DNA of 64,000 nucleotides from an uncultured Alphaproteobacteria bacterium (GTDB lineage: Bacteria; Pseudomonadota; Alphaproteobacteria; Rhizobiales; Xanthobacteraceae). The DNA is taken from assembly GCA_963807865.1 (NCBI GenBank), contig CAWEDK010000039.1, forward strand, positions 168,043 through 232,042, given 5' to 3'. Made by a program: the position numbers and the translations under genes. Shown piece after piece: positions 51,922 to 61,866 of this stretch (position 1 is its first letter; the number at the start of each line of letters is the position of its first letter). The notes under the pieces are model-generated. The model saw nothing but the letters and a program-made list of their open reading frames with translations, had not been told where the DNA came from and searched no databases.

Positions 51922-52525
51922 AGCCGTGCAGGACGCCCGGAAAGATGTGCACCTCGACGTTCGGCTGGCGGGCGGGGACGGCCCGGTAGGCGTCGAGCAC
52001 CGGCGCCGGCGCGGCGTGGTCCTGGTCGCCCCAGATGATGCAGACCGGCGCGGTGACGCCGTCGAGCTCCTGGATGAAGTCGAGCATCTGGGTGCCGTGG
52101 CACGAAATGCCCGCGTCGTAGCCAAGCCGCTTCGGCCCGAGGATGGCGTAGGGCCCGCCGAAGCAGAAGCCCATCGCGGCGGCGCGGCCGTTGTGCCGCG
52201 GCAGCTTGCGGATTTCCGCGAGCGTGTCGGCCATGTCGGCTTCGCCGGCCTTGATGCGCTCGAGCCGGGGCTGCGAGCGCTGCGCGGCGCGCGGATCGGA
52301 GGCCGGCAGCGGCCCGGGAACCGTCCGGGAGAACAGGTCCGGCGCCGCGGCGATGTAGCCGTGCGCGGCGAACTCGTCGCAGAGCGCCTGGATGTCGGCA
52401 TCGACCCCATGCACCGCCGACGCGAGCACCACCGCGGGCGCCTTGCCGTCGCCTTCCGGCAACGCGAGGTAGCAGTCGAACGTGCCGCCGGAGCTTGCGC
52501 CGATCTGGATGGTCTTGCCGGACAT
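51802..52525 (-). CDS. dienelactone hydrolase family protein, apparent +1 frameshift near 51871
   Basis: MSGKTIQIGASSGGTFDCYLALPEG...AVVLASAVHGVD, GFCFGG nucleophile elbow, HIFPGVLHGF. After PTREF, removing one base restores SMGRALAILGALRDGAALRRAS* (stop 51802). Confidence 0.85.
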
Positions 52526-52764
52526 GAGGGGATTTCCTGCTGTGGTTCAGATCCGGAGCCATCGTAGCGCGGATGCGCGGCGCGGCGAAATCCGGTCGTG
52601 ATTGCGGCCAAAACGCGCGGTTTTTCGCGTTCCCGCATTCAGAATTTTGTTGCGTCATTTGCCACAGCCGAGGCGGCACGAAAATCGCGGCGTGAACCAA
52701 TCCGAAAGCTGAAGCGACCAATATGCGTGCGCCGGACGGGCCGGCCAACAAACAGGGGGCTCAC

Positions 52765-52857
52765 ATGTTGACGATCATTCCGGTGGTGGCGATCTGGATT
52801 GCCTGCACGATGACCCTGGCGATTGCCGGGATCGTGGCCGCGACCGCCGAGGACTGA
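52765..52857 (+). CDS. possible 30-aa hydrophobic mini-protein
   Basis: AGGGGG 8 nt upstream of ATG; MLTIIPVVAIWIACTMTLAIAGIVAATAED*; below the ORF-track cutoff; unsupported beyond SD and hydrophobicity. Confidence 0.25.
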   Translation: MLTIIPVVAIWIACTMTLAIAGIVAATAED

Positions 52858-52921
52858 CGTCCGACCGCGGCAGCCGCACTCGCGGGCAGCCGCCGATCTA
52901 ACGCCCAGGAATATCCGTTTC

Positions 52922-53185
52922 ATGTTGATCCTGAAGTACTTCCTCTCGGTCGGAACGGCCTTGACGGTTGGGCTGATCGCGCTCAGCGCCCATATGGAGT
53001 CCGGCAAAGCCTCGTCGGGGCCGCGTACCCACACGACGGCGTCGCTGCCGGTCGCGACGCCGCCGAAGCCAGCTGTCGCCGCCGTCAGCCTGATCGACGA
53101 GCAGATCGCGCCGGCAGGGCAGACGAGCAAGAAGTCCACCCGGCAATCCAGCTCGCCGCAACGCGAACGCCGCTCGGTGCATTGA
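52922..53185 (+). CDS. small membrane-anchored hypothetical protein (87 aa)
   Basis: MLILKYFLSVGTALTVGLIALSAH TM helix followed by a Pro/Ser/Thr/Ala-rich tail. Confidence 0.4.
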   Translation: MLILKYFLSVGTALTVGLIALSAHMESGKASSGPRTHTTASLPVATPPKPAVAAVSLIDEQIAPAGQTSKKSTRQSSSPQRERRSVH

Positions 53186-53318
53186 GCCGGCGGCTTTAGC
53201 CACCTCAGTTCTGGCTTCACCCATCTCAGCTCCGGCCGAGAGGCGTTGCAGGCTTCAGCCCGCGCACGCCGGTACGCAGCCGTGACCTCACCGGCCCAGA
53301 GGACGTCGCCGCGCGGAT

Positions 53319-55226
53319 TTACTTGGCGGCTTCGTTGGCGCGTTTCACCGCCTCATCCTCGTCGAGCGTTTGCAGCACAAGGCGTACGATGTCGGGCCGG
53401 TTGGTCCGTTCGCGGAGGCGTGACACCGGCAAGAAGTGCGCCATCTGTTCCCAGCCGCTGTTCACATGCCAGCCGAGCATCGTCATGCCCTCCGCCCCGG
53501 GCGACGTCGCGTAATACCCGGTCGGAGTCCAGGCCACCCAATTCTTGTCCTTCTTCTGGATGAACAGCGCGAGCAGTTCCTTACCGTCCGACCACCGAAG
53601 CCAGCGGATGGTGCCGTCTCCGAAGGCGGCGATGATCAGTTCGCCGTCACGGGCCAGATTGACACCCCAGACCGTGCCGGGAACCGCGCGGGTCCAGCGC
53701 TGCTTCCCATTGGCATCAAACGAGCGCAACGACCACTCCGCGCCAAGCACGAACCCGCTGTTGTCGGGCCGGACCGCCAGGCTGCGCGATTCTTCTTGCC
53801 TGGATAGCGCAATGGCTTTGCCGTCGAGCGTGGGATTTGTGTTGTGCAGCCAATTTTCAACCCTTAGCCCGGCGGTATTTGGCTTTTGCAGGTCGGCCGG
53901 TGCTTCGGGCGCTTCCTGCAGGCTTCGGGCCGACAGGTCGAAAATCACTGGCTCTTTCGCGGAGGTCGCGAGCCCGAAGCGCAGCCGCGTGCCGTCGGGC
54001 GAGACCGTAAAGCTCCCGTCACGCTTGCCGCGCATGTCGGGAATGACCGGCACGCCAAGCTTTGCGACCTTTCCGCCGGCAGGATCGATCCGGCCATAGG
54101 CTGGTCCATGCGCGGAGTAATAGACATAGTCGCCGCACGGCACCATCGACAGCACGGTATTGTCGGCGACCATCACCTCGTTGATCTGGCGGCCCTTGGC
54201 ATCCCAGATCCGCACCGGGTATTGCGATTCGCCGGCGATTTGCCTTTGGTACCGCCCGCCGCCGAGCAGATATTTGCCGTCCGACGACCAGGCGACCGCG
54301 AGCAGGTTACCCCTCGCGATGTCGGTGTTGTCGGCGACGGCAATGCGTTCCAGCGTCTTTGCGTCGAAGATCTCCACGGTGCGCGCATCGTCGTAGCCGA
54401 CCGCGACGCGTGCGCCGCTCGGATCGACGGCAACCGAATGCGGCCGGTTGCCGCCCGGCGTCTTGACCTTGTGCGTGCGCGCGTAGTCGCGTCCGTAGTG
54501 CCGCAGATAGCCGTCATAGGCGACCGCATAGAGCGTATCGTCCGGCCCGAATGCCAGGCCGCGGCTGCGTCCGGCATAGTCGCGGTCCGCCAAAAGCACC
54601 GCCCCGGTCTTGGCATCAATAATCCGCACGCCGTTATTGCCGTCCAGCGCGGCCGCGAGCTTTGAACCGTCCGACGTGAATGCGAGGTGATGAATGACTT
54701 GATTGGACAGATTTACTCGGAGCAACTGCCCATCTGTTGGGTTGTTGAACAGGTAGACGCCGTTCTCGGCGCTCTTGTAATACGCATCCCGGCCGCCGGC
54801 TGCGATCCGCTTCCCGTCCGGCGAAATGGCGACAGCGTAGACCTTGCCCGCGTTGTCCTCGCCGACGGGCAACCGATAGGTGTCCAACGGCTCCCCGGCG
54901 GGCAACGACCATGTCCGTACGGTCTTGTCTTCACTCCCGGTGACGAGCGTCTTGCATTCGCGGTCGATGCCGATGCGGTAGACCACCGCCGTGTGTACGT
55001 TTGATTCGAAGCGCAAGATGGGGTCCTGCGATGGGCAGATCTTGATGGCGTCCGCCAACGCGGGCGTGACCTTGCCGTCAACTGACGCCTTGAAGCAGCC
55101 GGCGGCCCGCAACCGGTGCTGCAACGACAGCACCTCCTCTTCACCTAACGCCGCAAGGTCCTTGGCCAGGGCGGAATGAGCCGCCATTCCGAAACAAATA
55201 GCAGTGGCGAATAGCCGAACTATCAT
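53319..55226 (-). CDS. periplasmic WD40/beta-propeller repeat protein with N-terminal peptidoglycan-binding-like segment
   Basis: GGAGG SD, then ATG 55226; signal MIVRLFATAICFGMAAHSALA; LQHRLRAAGCFKASVDGKVTPALADAIK; repeats such as TGSEDKTVRTWSL, AISPDGKRIAAGG, AFTSDGSKLAAA, AWSSDGKYLLGG, AAFGDGTIRWLRW. Confidence 0.8.
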   Translation of the reverse strand: MIVRLFATAICFGMAAHSALAKDLAALGEEEVLSLQHRLRAAGCFKASVDGKVTPALADAIKICPSQDPILRFESNVHTAVVYRIGIDRECKTLVTGSEDKTVRTWSLPAGEPLDTYRLPVGEDNAGKVYAVAISPDGKRIAAGGRDAYYKSAENGVYLFNNPTDGQLLRVNLSNQVIHHLAFTSDGSKLAAALDGNNGVRIIDAKTGAVLLADRDYAGRSRGLAFGPDDTLYAVAYDGYLRHYGRDYARTHKVKTPGGNRPHSVAVDPSGARVAVGYDDARTVEIFDAKTLERIAVADNTDIARGNLLAVAWSSDGKYLLGGGRYQRQIAGESQYPVRIWDAKGRQINEVMVADNTVLSMVPCGDYVYYSAHGPAYGRIDPAGGKVAKLGVPVIPDMRGKRDGSFTVSPDGTRLRFGLATSAKEPVIFDLSARSLQEAPEAPADLQKPNTAGLRVENWLHNTNPTLDGKAIALSRQEESRSLAVRPDNSGFVLGAEWSLRSFDANGKQRWTRAVPGTVWGVNLARDGELIIAAFGDGTIRWLRWSDGKELLALFIQKKDKNWVAWTPTGYYATSPGAEGMTMLGWHVNSGWEQMAHFLPVSRLRERTNRPDIVRLVLQTLDEDEAVKRANEAAK

Positions 55227-55468
55227 CCCTGCCTCCGCACGAAGGGCTGCCGCGCCGCCCAGATGGCTCATAAATTCTCGCCGTCTCCGGATCAATTCCG
55301 GGTGGACCGTCAGGCCAATCTAGCAACATTCTATCGCCCGGTCAGCGGGGCTCGCGGCCCAACAGAGCGTCTTCCTGCACAGTCAAGTCATCGTGTTTTT
55401 GCCTTTATGATTTTGTTCGATGAATGCTCATCGATCGACTGTGTCGACCAAGAGGCATCGTAATCGCC

Positions 55469-56593
55469 ATGGGAACAGTACGCCCCATCACTACGACGGC
55501 AGCAACAGCGCCGGCGACCCTGCGTGCGGCAGCTCTTGCGCTCGGGCTCATGGTCACGCCGTACGTTTCCACCGCGCAGGCGCAGCCGGCCACGCTCTCG
55601 CCATCGCAGGCCGATGCGCTGCGGGCGTACAGCAATGCGGTCGGCGACTTCAGATCGGTCCTAAATCAGCGGCGCGCCCAGATCGATGCGAAGCAGCCGC
55701 TGCCGAACCTGCCGGGGCAGGCGCTCTATCTCGCGCGCAACGCCACGATGAGTACCTACAAGGACCTCACCGACTTGGCGCCGTCGCGGATCGGACGGCC
55801 CAACAAGTTCGGTATCCCGCCGGCCTATTTCGACGTTGAGAACGAGCCGCTGATCGACGAGTATCTGCGGCTGTTCCACTTCATGCAGGCACCGCCCGCC
55901 AATGCGCAGAAGTCGGACACGCCGTATCATGACGTCGTCGCGCTCGCGATCGCGATCGCCCGCGCCAAAGGGCTGACCCCGGCCGACGCCGAAGTGGCCG
56001 GCCGCATCAGCCTGGGGCTGTTCTTCGCCGAAACCAACGGCAACCAGAACATGGGGAATGCGCGCTCCAACAAGTACAAGGGGAGCCTGCAGACCGGCGT
56101 GACGGAGGACCAGAACGGCCAGAAGAAATGGGCGGCGATCAAGGGGGCGATCGCGGCCTTCGATCCGGCGTTGATCGCCCGCGACAATAAGGAGGAGGCG
56201 CGCCTCGGCAATCTCGACCCGCGCTACAATCACTGGACCGCCGTACGAAACGGCCTGATGAACGCCCACGCGGACCTCTTCCCGCAGGTTCCCGGAATCA
56301 TGAAAGTCCTGCCGGACCCGATCGACCAGATGAAGCTGTTTGAGCTGATCCAGATCGTTCCAAGCCCCACGCGGTCGGCGCTCCGGTCGGCGAACCTGAC
56401 CGGCTACCGGGTGTCCGACGCGACCATCATGGGTTACCTGCGCAACAACAGCATGTTCACCTACGGGCGCGCGGACCGCGCGAAGACCTCCGCGAACTAT
56501 CGCGAAATTCTCGACGCGATGTGGCTGTTCAACGAGAAGTTCGAGAAGGCGCTCGCCCGGTTTAACGAGATCAAGGCGCAGAAGCGGAGCTAG
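55469..56593 (+). CDS. hypothetical secreted protein (374 aa)
   Basis: Signal-like ...LRAAALALGLMVTPYVSTAQA; no family recognised; contains FFAETNGNQNMGNARSNKYKGSLQTG. Confidence 0.6.
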   Translation: MGTVRPITTTAATAPATLRAAALALGLMVTPYVSTAQAQPATLSPSQADALRAYSNAVGDFRSVLNQRRAQIDAKQPLPNLPGQALYLARNATMSTYKDLTDLAPSRIGRPNKFGIPPAYFDVENEPLIDEYLRLFHFMQAPPANAQKSDTPYHDVVALAIAIARAKGLTPADAEVAGRISLGLFFAETNGNQNMGNARSNKYKGSLQTGVTEDQNGQKKWAAIKGAIAAFDPALIARDNKEEARLGNLDPRYNHWTAVRNGLMNAHADLFPQVPGIMKVLPDPIDQMKLFELIQIVPSPTRSALRSANLTGYRVSDATIMGYLRNNSMFTYGRADRAKTSANYREILDAMWLFNEKFEKALARFNEIKAQKRS

Positions 56594-56706
56594 GCGCGTC
56601 CGGACGTTCCCGTCACGGCCGGACTTGTTCCGGCCATCCACGTCCTGGGGCTCGCTATTTTGAGACATGGATGCTCGCGACAAGCGTCCACAAGCGGCCC
56701 GCGGCG

Positions 56707-57603
56707 CTATACCTCCTTGTCGTGCACCGGGAACAGCACCGCCGGGAAATCAGCGGCGTAGCGCTTGCCCTTGGGCGCGGCCGGATGCACTTCGCGCCGC
56801 GGCAGGTCGGGCACCACGACCTTGCGATAGAGATGCCAGGTGGCATGGCCGAGCACCGGCACCACGATCGCGAGCCCCAGGAAGAACGGCAGCGATCCGA
56901 CCAGCAGCAAGGTGGCGACGATCAGGCCCCACAGCGCCATGGTGAACGGGTTGCGCAGCACGGCGCGCACCGACGTCAATGCGGCGGCGGTCGCGCCGAT
57001 GTTGCGGTCGATCAGCAGCGGGAACGCCACCACGCTGATGGTGAAGGCGACGAGCGCGAACAGGAAGCCGACGCCATTGCCGATCAGGATCACGCGATGG
57101 CCGGCCGGCGTCGTCAGCATCTCCCGGACGAACGCCTCGACCGAGTCCGGGGGCGGCGCGTAACCAAACTCGGCGGTGTAGATCGTCTGCGCCACCGCGA
57201 TCCAAAGACCGAACAGCGCGAGCAGCACGAGGCCGAGCGCCAGGATGGCGCGGAACGAGTCCGCCTGGAGGAGATCGAAGGCGTGGCTCCATTGCGCGTC
57301 GAGGCCGGCCTCGCGCCGGCGGCTGAGCTCATAGAGCCCGATCGCGACGAGCGGGCCGAGCAGCGCGAAGCCGGCCGCCATCGGGTAGAACATCGGCAGG
57401 AGGTTGTAGCCGAAGGCCGCGTAGCCGATGAGCACACCCGCGATCGGATAGATGATGGTGAGGAAGATGACGTGGGTCGGCATCGCCCAGAAGTCGTCCC
57501 AGCCTTTGCCGAGCGCATCCCACAGGTCGCGCGGCCCGATCGTCCGGACACGCGGAAGCTCATGCGCCGCGTCGGCGCCGCCGATGGTCTGCTGATACGT
57601 CAT
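56707..57603 (-). CDS. DUF2189-family integral membrane protein
   Basis: 298 aa, 5-6 TM; LWDALGKGWDDFWAMPTHVIFLTIIYPIAGVLIGY...GLYELSRRRE matches my recollection of DUF2189. Confidence 0.7.
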   Translation of the reverse strand: MTYQQTIGGADAAHELPRVRTIGPRDLWDALGKGWDDFWAMPTHVIFLTIIYPIAGVLIGYAAFGYNLLPMFYPMAAGFALLGPLVAIGLYELSRRREAGLDAQWSHAFDLLQADSFRAILALGLVLLALFGLWIAVAQTIYTAEFGYAPPPDSVEAFVREMLTTPAGHRVILIGNGVGFLFALVAFTISVVAFPLLIDRNIGATAAALTSVRAVLRNPFTMALWGLIVATLLLVGSLPFFLGLAIVVPVLGHATWHLYRKVVVPDLPRREVHPAAPKGKRYAADFPAVLFPVHDKEV

Positions 57604-57810
57604 GGCGATCCTCCTGAACGTTGCTGTTCAAGCGGGCACGACGTTTGGCGTGATTTTGACGGGTCACGTCAAGCCGCGCCCCGATGCGCGCACTATAGAC
57701 CCATCCGGCGGCCGCGCAGGCGGACATCAAGCAGAATTGAGCAGCCGGTTGCCCTCGTCGCTGCGCTGCGCAAAGATCGGCGCCCTTCACCCCGTCTTCG
57801 CGAGGCTCCC

Positions 57811-58716
57811 ATGACCGCCACGCTACTCGAGACCAAGCCGCATCAGTTCGACGTCGAGGATGTCGAATACCTCCGCCACGGCGACAAGCCGCTCATGGCG
57901 CGCATCTACCGGCCGAAAGGCGAGGGGCCGTTCCCGGCGCTGGTCGAATGCCATGGCGGCGCCTGGTGCTTGAGCGACCGCACCACTGAGAAGCTGCGTC
58001 ACGAAGCGATGGCGCGCCACGGCATCGTATCGATCGCGCTCGATTTTCGCTCCGGCAATGAAGACCCGTATCCGGCCTCGGCGCAGGACATCAACTACGC
58101 GGTGCGCTGGGCGAAGGCGAATGCGCGTGCGCTCAAGACGCGGCCGGACCTGATCGGCCTGTCCGGCCAGTCGAGCGGCGGACATCTCGCCATGCTGGTG
58201 GCGATGCGTCCGCGCGATGCGCGTTATGCGGCAATTCCGCTGCCGGCCGGCACGCCCGCGCAGGACGCAAGCGTGCGATGCGTCGCCATGTCGTGGCCGG
58301 TGATCAATCCGCTCAGCCGCTACCGTCACGCCAAGCGGGCGCAGAGCGCGGCCAATCCGCCGGACTGGCCCAAGGGCATCATCGGCCGCCAGGATTCCTA
58401 TTGGCGGAGCGAAGCCAACATGGCGGAGGGCAGTCCGATGCTCATCCTCGAGCGCGGTGAGAAAGTGCTGACGCCGCCGGCGATCTGGTTCCAGGGCCGC
58501 GGCGACCTGCTGCACGACTACAAAGATGAGGATTCAAGCTTTCCCGGTAACGAGCCGCAACGCTTCGTCGCCAACTACCGCAAGGCTGGCGGCGAGATCG
58601 CGCTCGAATATATCGAGATGGAACGGCACGCCGGACATTCGCCCGACCTGTCGCAGGTCGGCGACATGTTCGACCGGCTGGCGGCGTTCGTGCACATGAG
58701 CATCCCCGTGAAGTGA
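57811..58716 (+). CDS. alpha/beta hydrolase (esterase/lipase, HGG type)
   Basis: ALVECHGGAWCLSD oxyanion HGG motif, GLSGQSSGGHLA nucleophile elbow; only the last 301 codons of the 681-aa ORF-track entry. Confidence 0.85.
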   Translation: MTATLLETKPHQFDVEDVEYLRHGDKPLMARIYRPKGEGPFPALVECHGGAWCLSDRTTEKLRHEAMARHGIVSIALDFRSGNEDPYPASAQDINYAVRWAKANARALKTRPDLIGLSGQSSGGHLAMLVAMRPRDARYAAIPLPAGTPAQDASVRCVAMSWPVINPLSRYRHAKRAQSAANPPDWPKGIIGRQDSYWRSEANMAEGSPMLILERGEKVLTPPAIWFQGRGDLLHDYKDEDSSFPGNEPQRFVANYRKAGGEIALEYIEMERHAGHSPDLSQVGDMFDRLAAFVHMSIPVK

Positions 58717-58723
58717 TGCAGCG

Positions 58724-59521
58724 ATGTCCGGTTCGGAGATCACCCGCCGTGCCATGACCAGCGGCGCCGCCGCATTGGCCGCCGCCGGCGCACCGGTCGC
58801 GGCCGCTGAAGCCAAGCTGCTGCGGGTCGGCGCTGCGCTGCCTGACCCGCCATTCGAACTGATGACTCCGAACGGGCCGGAAGGCTTCGACATCGATCTG
58901 ATGCGGCTCATTGCGCAGGCGATCGGACGCACCTGGCAGCTCGTTCCGTACACCGGCAGCGACTTCAACGGCATCTTCGCCGGGCTCGATACCGGCGCCT
59001 ACGACTGCGTCGCCTCCGGCGCCACGATCACGCCACAGCGGCAGAAGGTCGCCGACTTCTGCGCGCCTTACGTGCTGTCCGGTCAGTCGCTGGTGGTCGA
59101 CGTTACGCGCCATCCCAGCGTCCGTTCGATCGACGATCTGCGCGGCCTCACCATCGGCGTCCAGCAAGGCAACACCAGCCAGCCGGTCGCGGATCGCCTG
59201 GTCGCGGAAGGCCGCGCCGCGCGGGTGCGGGTCTACGCCTACGACGCCATCAACACCGCGCTCGACGATTTATCGAACGGCGGTTGCGACGCCTTCATGA
59301 AGCTCGCGCCGGTGATGCACTGGCTGACGCGCGACCGCCCCAAGCTCAAGGTGGTGCAGACCGGCATCACGCGCGAACTGCTCGGCGTCTGCGTCCGGCG
59401 CGGCAATACCGAACTGCGCGATGCCATCGACACGGTGCAGCAGGCGCTGCGCGATGACGGAACGCTGGAACGGCTGGTCGAGCGCTGGCTCGGCAGTGGG
59501 GCGACGATCGCGCCGGTGTAG
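58724..59521 (+). CDS. ABC transporter substrate-binding protein, family 3 (polar amino acid type)
   Basis: Tat/Sec-like signal RRAMTSGAAALAAAGAPVAAAEA; PPFELMTPNGPEGFDIDLMRLIAQAIG, DCVASGATITPQRQK. Confidence 0.85.
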   Translation: MSGSEITRRAMTSGAAALAAAGAPVAAAEAKLLRVGAALPDPPFELMTPNGPEGFDIDLMRLIAQAIGRTWQLVPYTGSDFNGIFAGLDTGAYDCVASGATITPQRQKVADFCAPYVLSGQSLVVDVTRHPSVRSIDDLRGLTIGVQQGNTSQPVADRLVAEGRAARVRVYAYDAINTALDDLSNGGCDAFMKLAPVMHWLTRDRPKLKVVQTGITRELLGVCVRRGNTELRDAIDTVQQALRDDGTLERLVERWLGSGATIAPV

Positions 59522-59601
59522 CAGCTGCGCCGCGATTGTCACCATCGCAGCACAATCGCCGGGTAGGGCAGGGCCACGCAATCCACGAGAGGAAACCCGC
59601 T

Positions 59602-60216
59602 ATGGCCGATCTGCTGCTCTATCACGCTGTCCCGTCCCGCTCGGCCACCGTGCGCTGGATGCTCGAAGAGGTCGGTGAGCCTTACGACGTCCATCTGCTC
59701 AAGCTGAGCGAAGGCGACCAGCAGAAGCCCGAGTTTCTCGCGGTCAACCCGCAGGGCAAGGTGCCGGCGTTGACACACAAGGGCGTCGTCATCACCGAAG
59801 TGGCCGCGATCTGCGCCTACCTGGCCGACGAATTCCCGAAGGCCGGGCTCAACATCCCGGTCGGCGATCCGCGCCGCGGCGTTTATCTGCAGTGGCTGTT
59901 CTTCGGGCCGAGTTGCATGGAGCCGGCGATCACCGATCGGGCCTTCCCGCGCAAGGAGCCGCCGCGTGCCGGCGCCATCGGCTACCGCGACATCGAGGCG
60001 CTCGCCGACATCGTGGCGCAGGCCGTTGCAAAGTGGCCCTACATCATGGGCGAGCAGTTCACCGCCGCCGACGTGGTGATTGGCTCCGCTGTGCGCTGGG
60101 GCACGATGTTCAAGCTCATCCCGGAGCGCGACGCGTTCAAGCCGTACGCCGAGCGGATCGCCGCGCGAACTGCAGTCCAACGCGCGGAGGCCAAGGACAA
60201 GGCGCTGGCGGCGTAA
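59602..60216 (+). CDS. glutathione S-transferase
   Basis: MADLLLYHAVPSRSATVRWMLEEVG...EFLAVNPQGKVPALTHKGVVITEVAAICAYLAD. Confidence 0.88.
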   Translation: MADLLLYHAVPSRSATVRWMLEEVGEPYDVHLLKLSEGDQQKPEFLAVNPQGKVPALTHKGVVITEVAAICAYLADEFPKAGLNIPVGDPRRGVYLQWLFFGPSCMEPAITDRAFPRKEPPRAGAIGYRDIEALADIVAQAVAKWPYIMGEQFTAADVVIGSAVRWGTMFKLIPERDAFKPYAERIAARTAVQRAEAKDKALAA

Positions 60217-60476
60217 TCCCAAGCTCGCGCTGCTGCAGCTCACTGAACGAGCCGCAGGTTGCTTTGCCGTCGCCCCGGCGTCGTCCGGGGCTGCGTCCCG
60301 CCTTTGTTTCCGCACCCAGGTGCGAAGCACGTGCCCACAAAGCGCCGTCGGACACAGGACCGTCCAATCTCTGCCGCAAGATTGGTCATAATACCGCGAC
60401 AATGGCACGAATCATGGCGTGCCTGCGTTCGGGCGATGGGGTGCCCTGACGGGCAGCCTTACAAGGAGGGGGAATT

Positions 60477-61040
60477 ATGGGGGCATTCGGTGGGGGATTC
60501 GGCAAGTCATTGGCCGCGGTGGCGGCTTTGGTCGCGGTGCTTTGTCTAGCGCCTCGCGCCCAGGCGGCCTCGGGCCCCGAAATCGATGCAAGCGCGCGCG
60601 CCACGATGGAGGACTTCTTCCAGCAGGTCTGGTCAGGACGCGAACTGGCCAACAAGGCTGCGGCGATTTTGATCTTCCCGACCGTCGTCAAGGCCGGCAT
60701 CGGGATCGGCGGCGAGTATGGCGAGGGCGCGTTGCACGTCCGCGGCCGCACTGCCGGCTTCTACAACATCATTTCAGCCTCGATCGGGTTTCAATTAGGC
60801 GCCCAGGCACGCTCGGTCATCATCATGTTCATGACGGATACGGCGCTTGCTGGCTTCCAGCGCAGCGACGGCTGGAAGGTCGGCGTCGATGGGTCGGTCG
60901 CCATCATCACGGTCGGCGCCGGCGGGCAGATCGACAGCAACAGCGTCCGCAGCCCGGTGATCGGCTTCATCTTCGACCAGAAGGGGCTGATGTATAATCT
61001 GACGCTCGAAGGATCGAAGATCAGCCGCATCTCGCGATAG
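60477..61040 (+). CDS. SYLF (DUF500/Ysc84-like) lipid-binding domain protein, secreted
   Basis: Signal ...VAVLCLAPRAQA; AAAILIFPTVVKAGIGIGGEYGEGAL..., SIGFQLGAQARSVIIMFMTD, GFIFDQKGLMYNLTLEGSKI. Confidence 0.75.
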   Translation: MGAFGGGFGKSLAAVAALVAVLCLAPRAQAASGPEIDASARATMEDFFQQVWSGRELANKAAAILIFPTVVKAGIGIGGEYGEGALHVRGRTAGFYNIISASIGFQLGAQARSVIIMFMTDTALAGFQRSDGWKVGVDGSVAIITVGAGGQIDSNSVRSPVIGFIFDQKGLMYNLTLEGSKISRISR

Positions 61041-61198
61041 TCGCTTGCGACAAGCGTCGCGCCGCGCGTCGGCGATATTCGAGTCGAAATGGCGGCGGCG
61101 CAGCCACGGATGCCTAACTGCGTTTGCACTGCAGCATTGACGCCGCCCCAAGGTCGGCGTCTAGGCTGCAGCCCAGATTGGGCACGGAGGAGCATCCT

Positions 61199-61642
61199 AT
61201 GTCGCCATCAGCAACATCCAAGACGCCGGTGATCGCGTCCGATACCCTTGAACGCGTCCAGGTGCGTTCGTCCGACAATCCGGCAGTCCGCTGGAACGCG
61301 TCGTTCGTGGTCTATGGCGGGCATGGCACGACCCAGTCGTCGACCATCGTGTACGAGATCGAGCCCGGCGGCGAACTCGGCTGGCACACCGACGCTACCG
61401 AAGAGACGCAGTACATCGTCACCGGGAAGGGCGAATTCCAAACGGATGACGGTGTTTTTCCGGTCGGTCCCGGCACCGTGTTCGCGATCCCGACGCCGGT
61501 GCGGCACAACCTCAAGAACACCGGCAGCGAACCGTTGCGCGCGGTCGCGTTCTTCGCCGCCGCGATGTTCACGCAGGAATTCGACAACGAAATGCTGCCG
61601 CCCAAGACCCACATCCTCGGCACGCCGAACCGCAACGGGTAG
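61199..61642 (+). CDS. cupin domain protein
   Basis: YEIEPGGELGWHTDATEETQYIVTGKGEF...GPGTVFAIPTPVRHNLKNTG (G-x5-H-x-H/D...E and H motifs). Confidence 0.75.
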   Translation: MSPSATSKTPVIASDTLERVQVRSSDNPAVRWNASFVVYGGHGTTQSSTIVYEIEPGGELGWHTDATEETQYIVTGKGEFQTDDGVFPVGPGTVFAIPTPVRHNLKNTGSEPLRAVAFFAAAMFTQEFDNEMLPPKTHILGTPNRNG

Positions 61643-61866
61643 GCGCGGTCGACCTGACGTGCAGCAGAGGACGGCTCAGCGTTCGCGCGGTTGATCTGAT
61701 CGCTGGCGGTCCGACCCTGCGATTGGTTTCCGTTGACGTTGGCGAAACCGGTCGATCGACACAGGTCAAGCTTCGTGCCGAACAGCACCGGTCTTGCACG
61801 CCGGCGTTGCGCGTCAGTTGCACGCAGGGGAGGCGAGCGCGGCGCGGGGGGCTGGCGATTGCCGTC

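Noticed and set aside
56671-58716. 681-aa ORF-track entry
   Set aside because: The first 380 codons are the antisense shadow of the DUF2189 membrane-protein gene. The real gene is the alpha/beta hydrolase starting at ATG 57811.
60306-60320. GCACC-CA-GGTGC palindrome as an NtrC site
   Set aside because: The spacing (2 nt) does not fit the TGCACC-N5-GGTGCA consensus. It lies just downstream of the GST gene, where it may simply be part of a terminator-like structure.
60403-60418. TGGCACGAATCATGGC upstream of the SYLF-domain gene as a sigma54 promoter
   Set aside because: The -12 region reads ATGG instead of TTGC, so the conserved GC is displaced. The TGGCAC is also half of a simple hairpin, GGCACG-N8-CGTGCC. 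Too weak to call.
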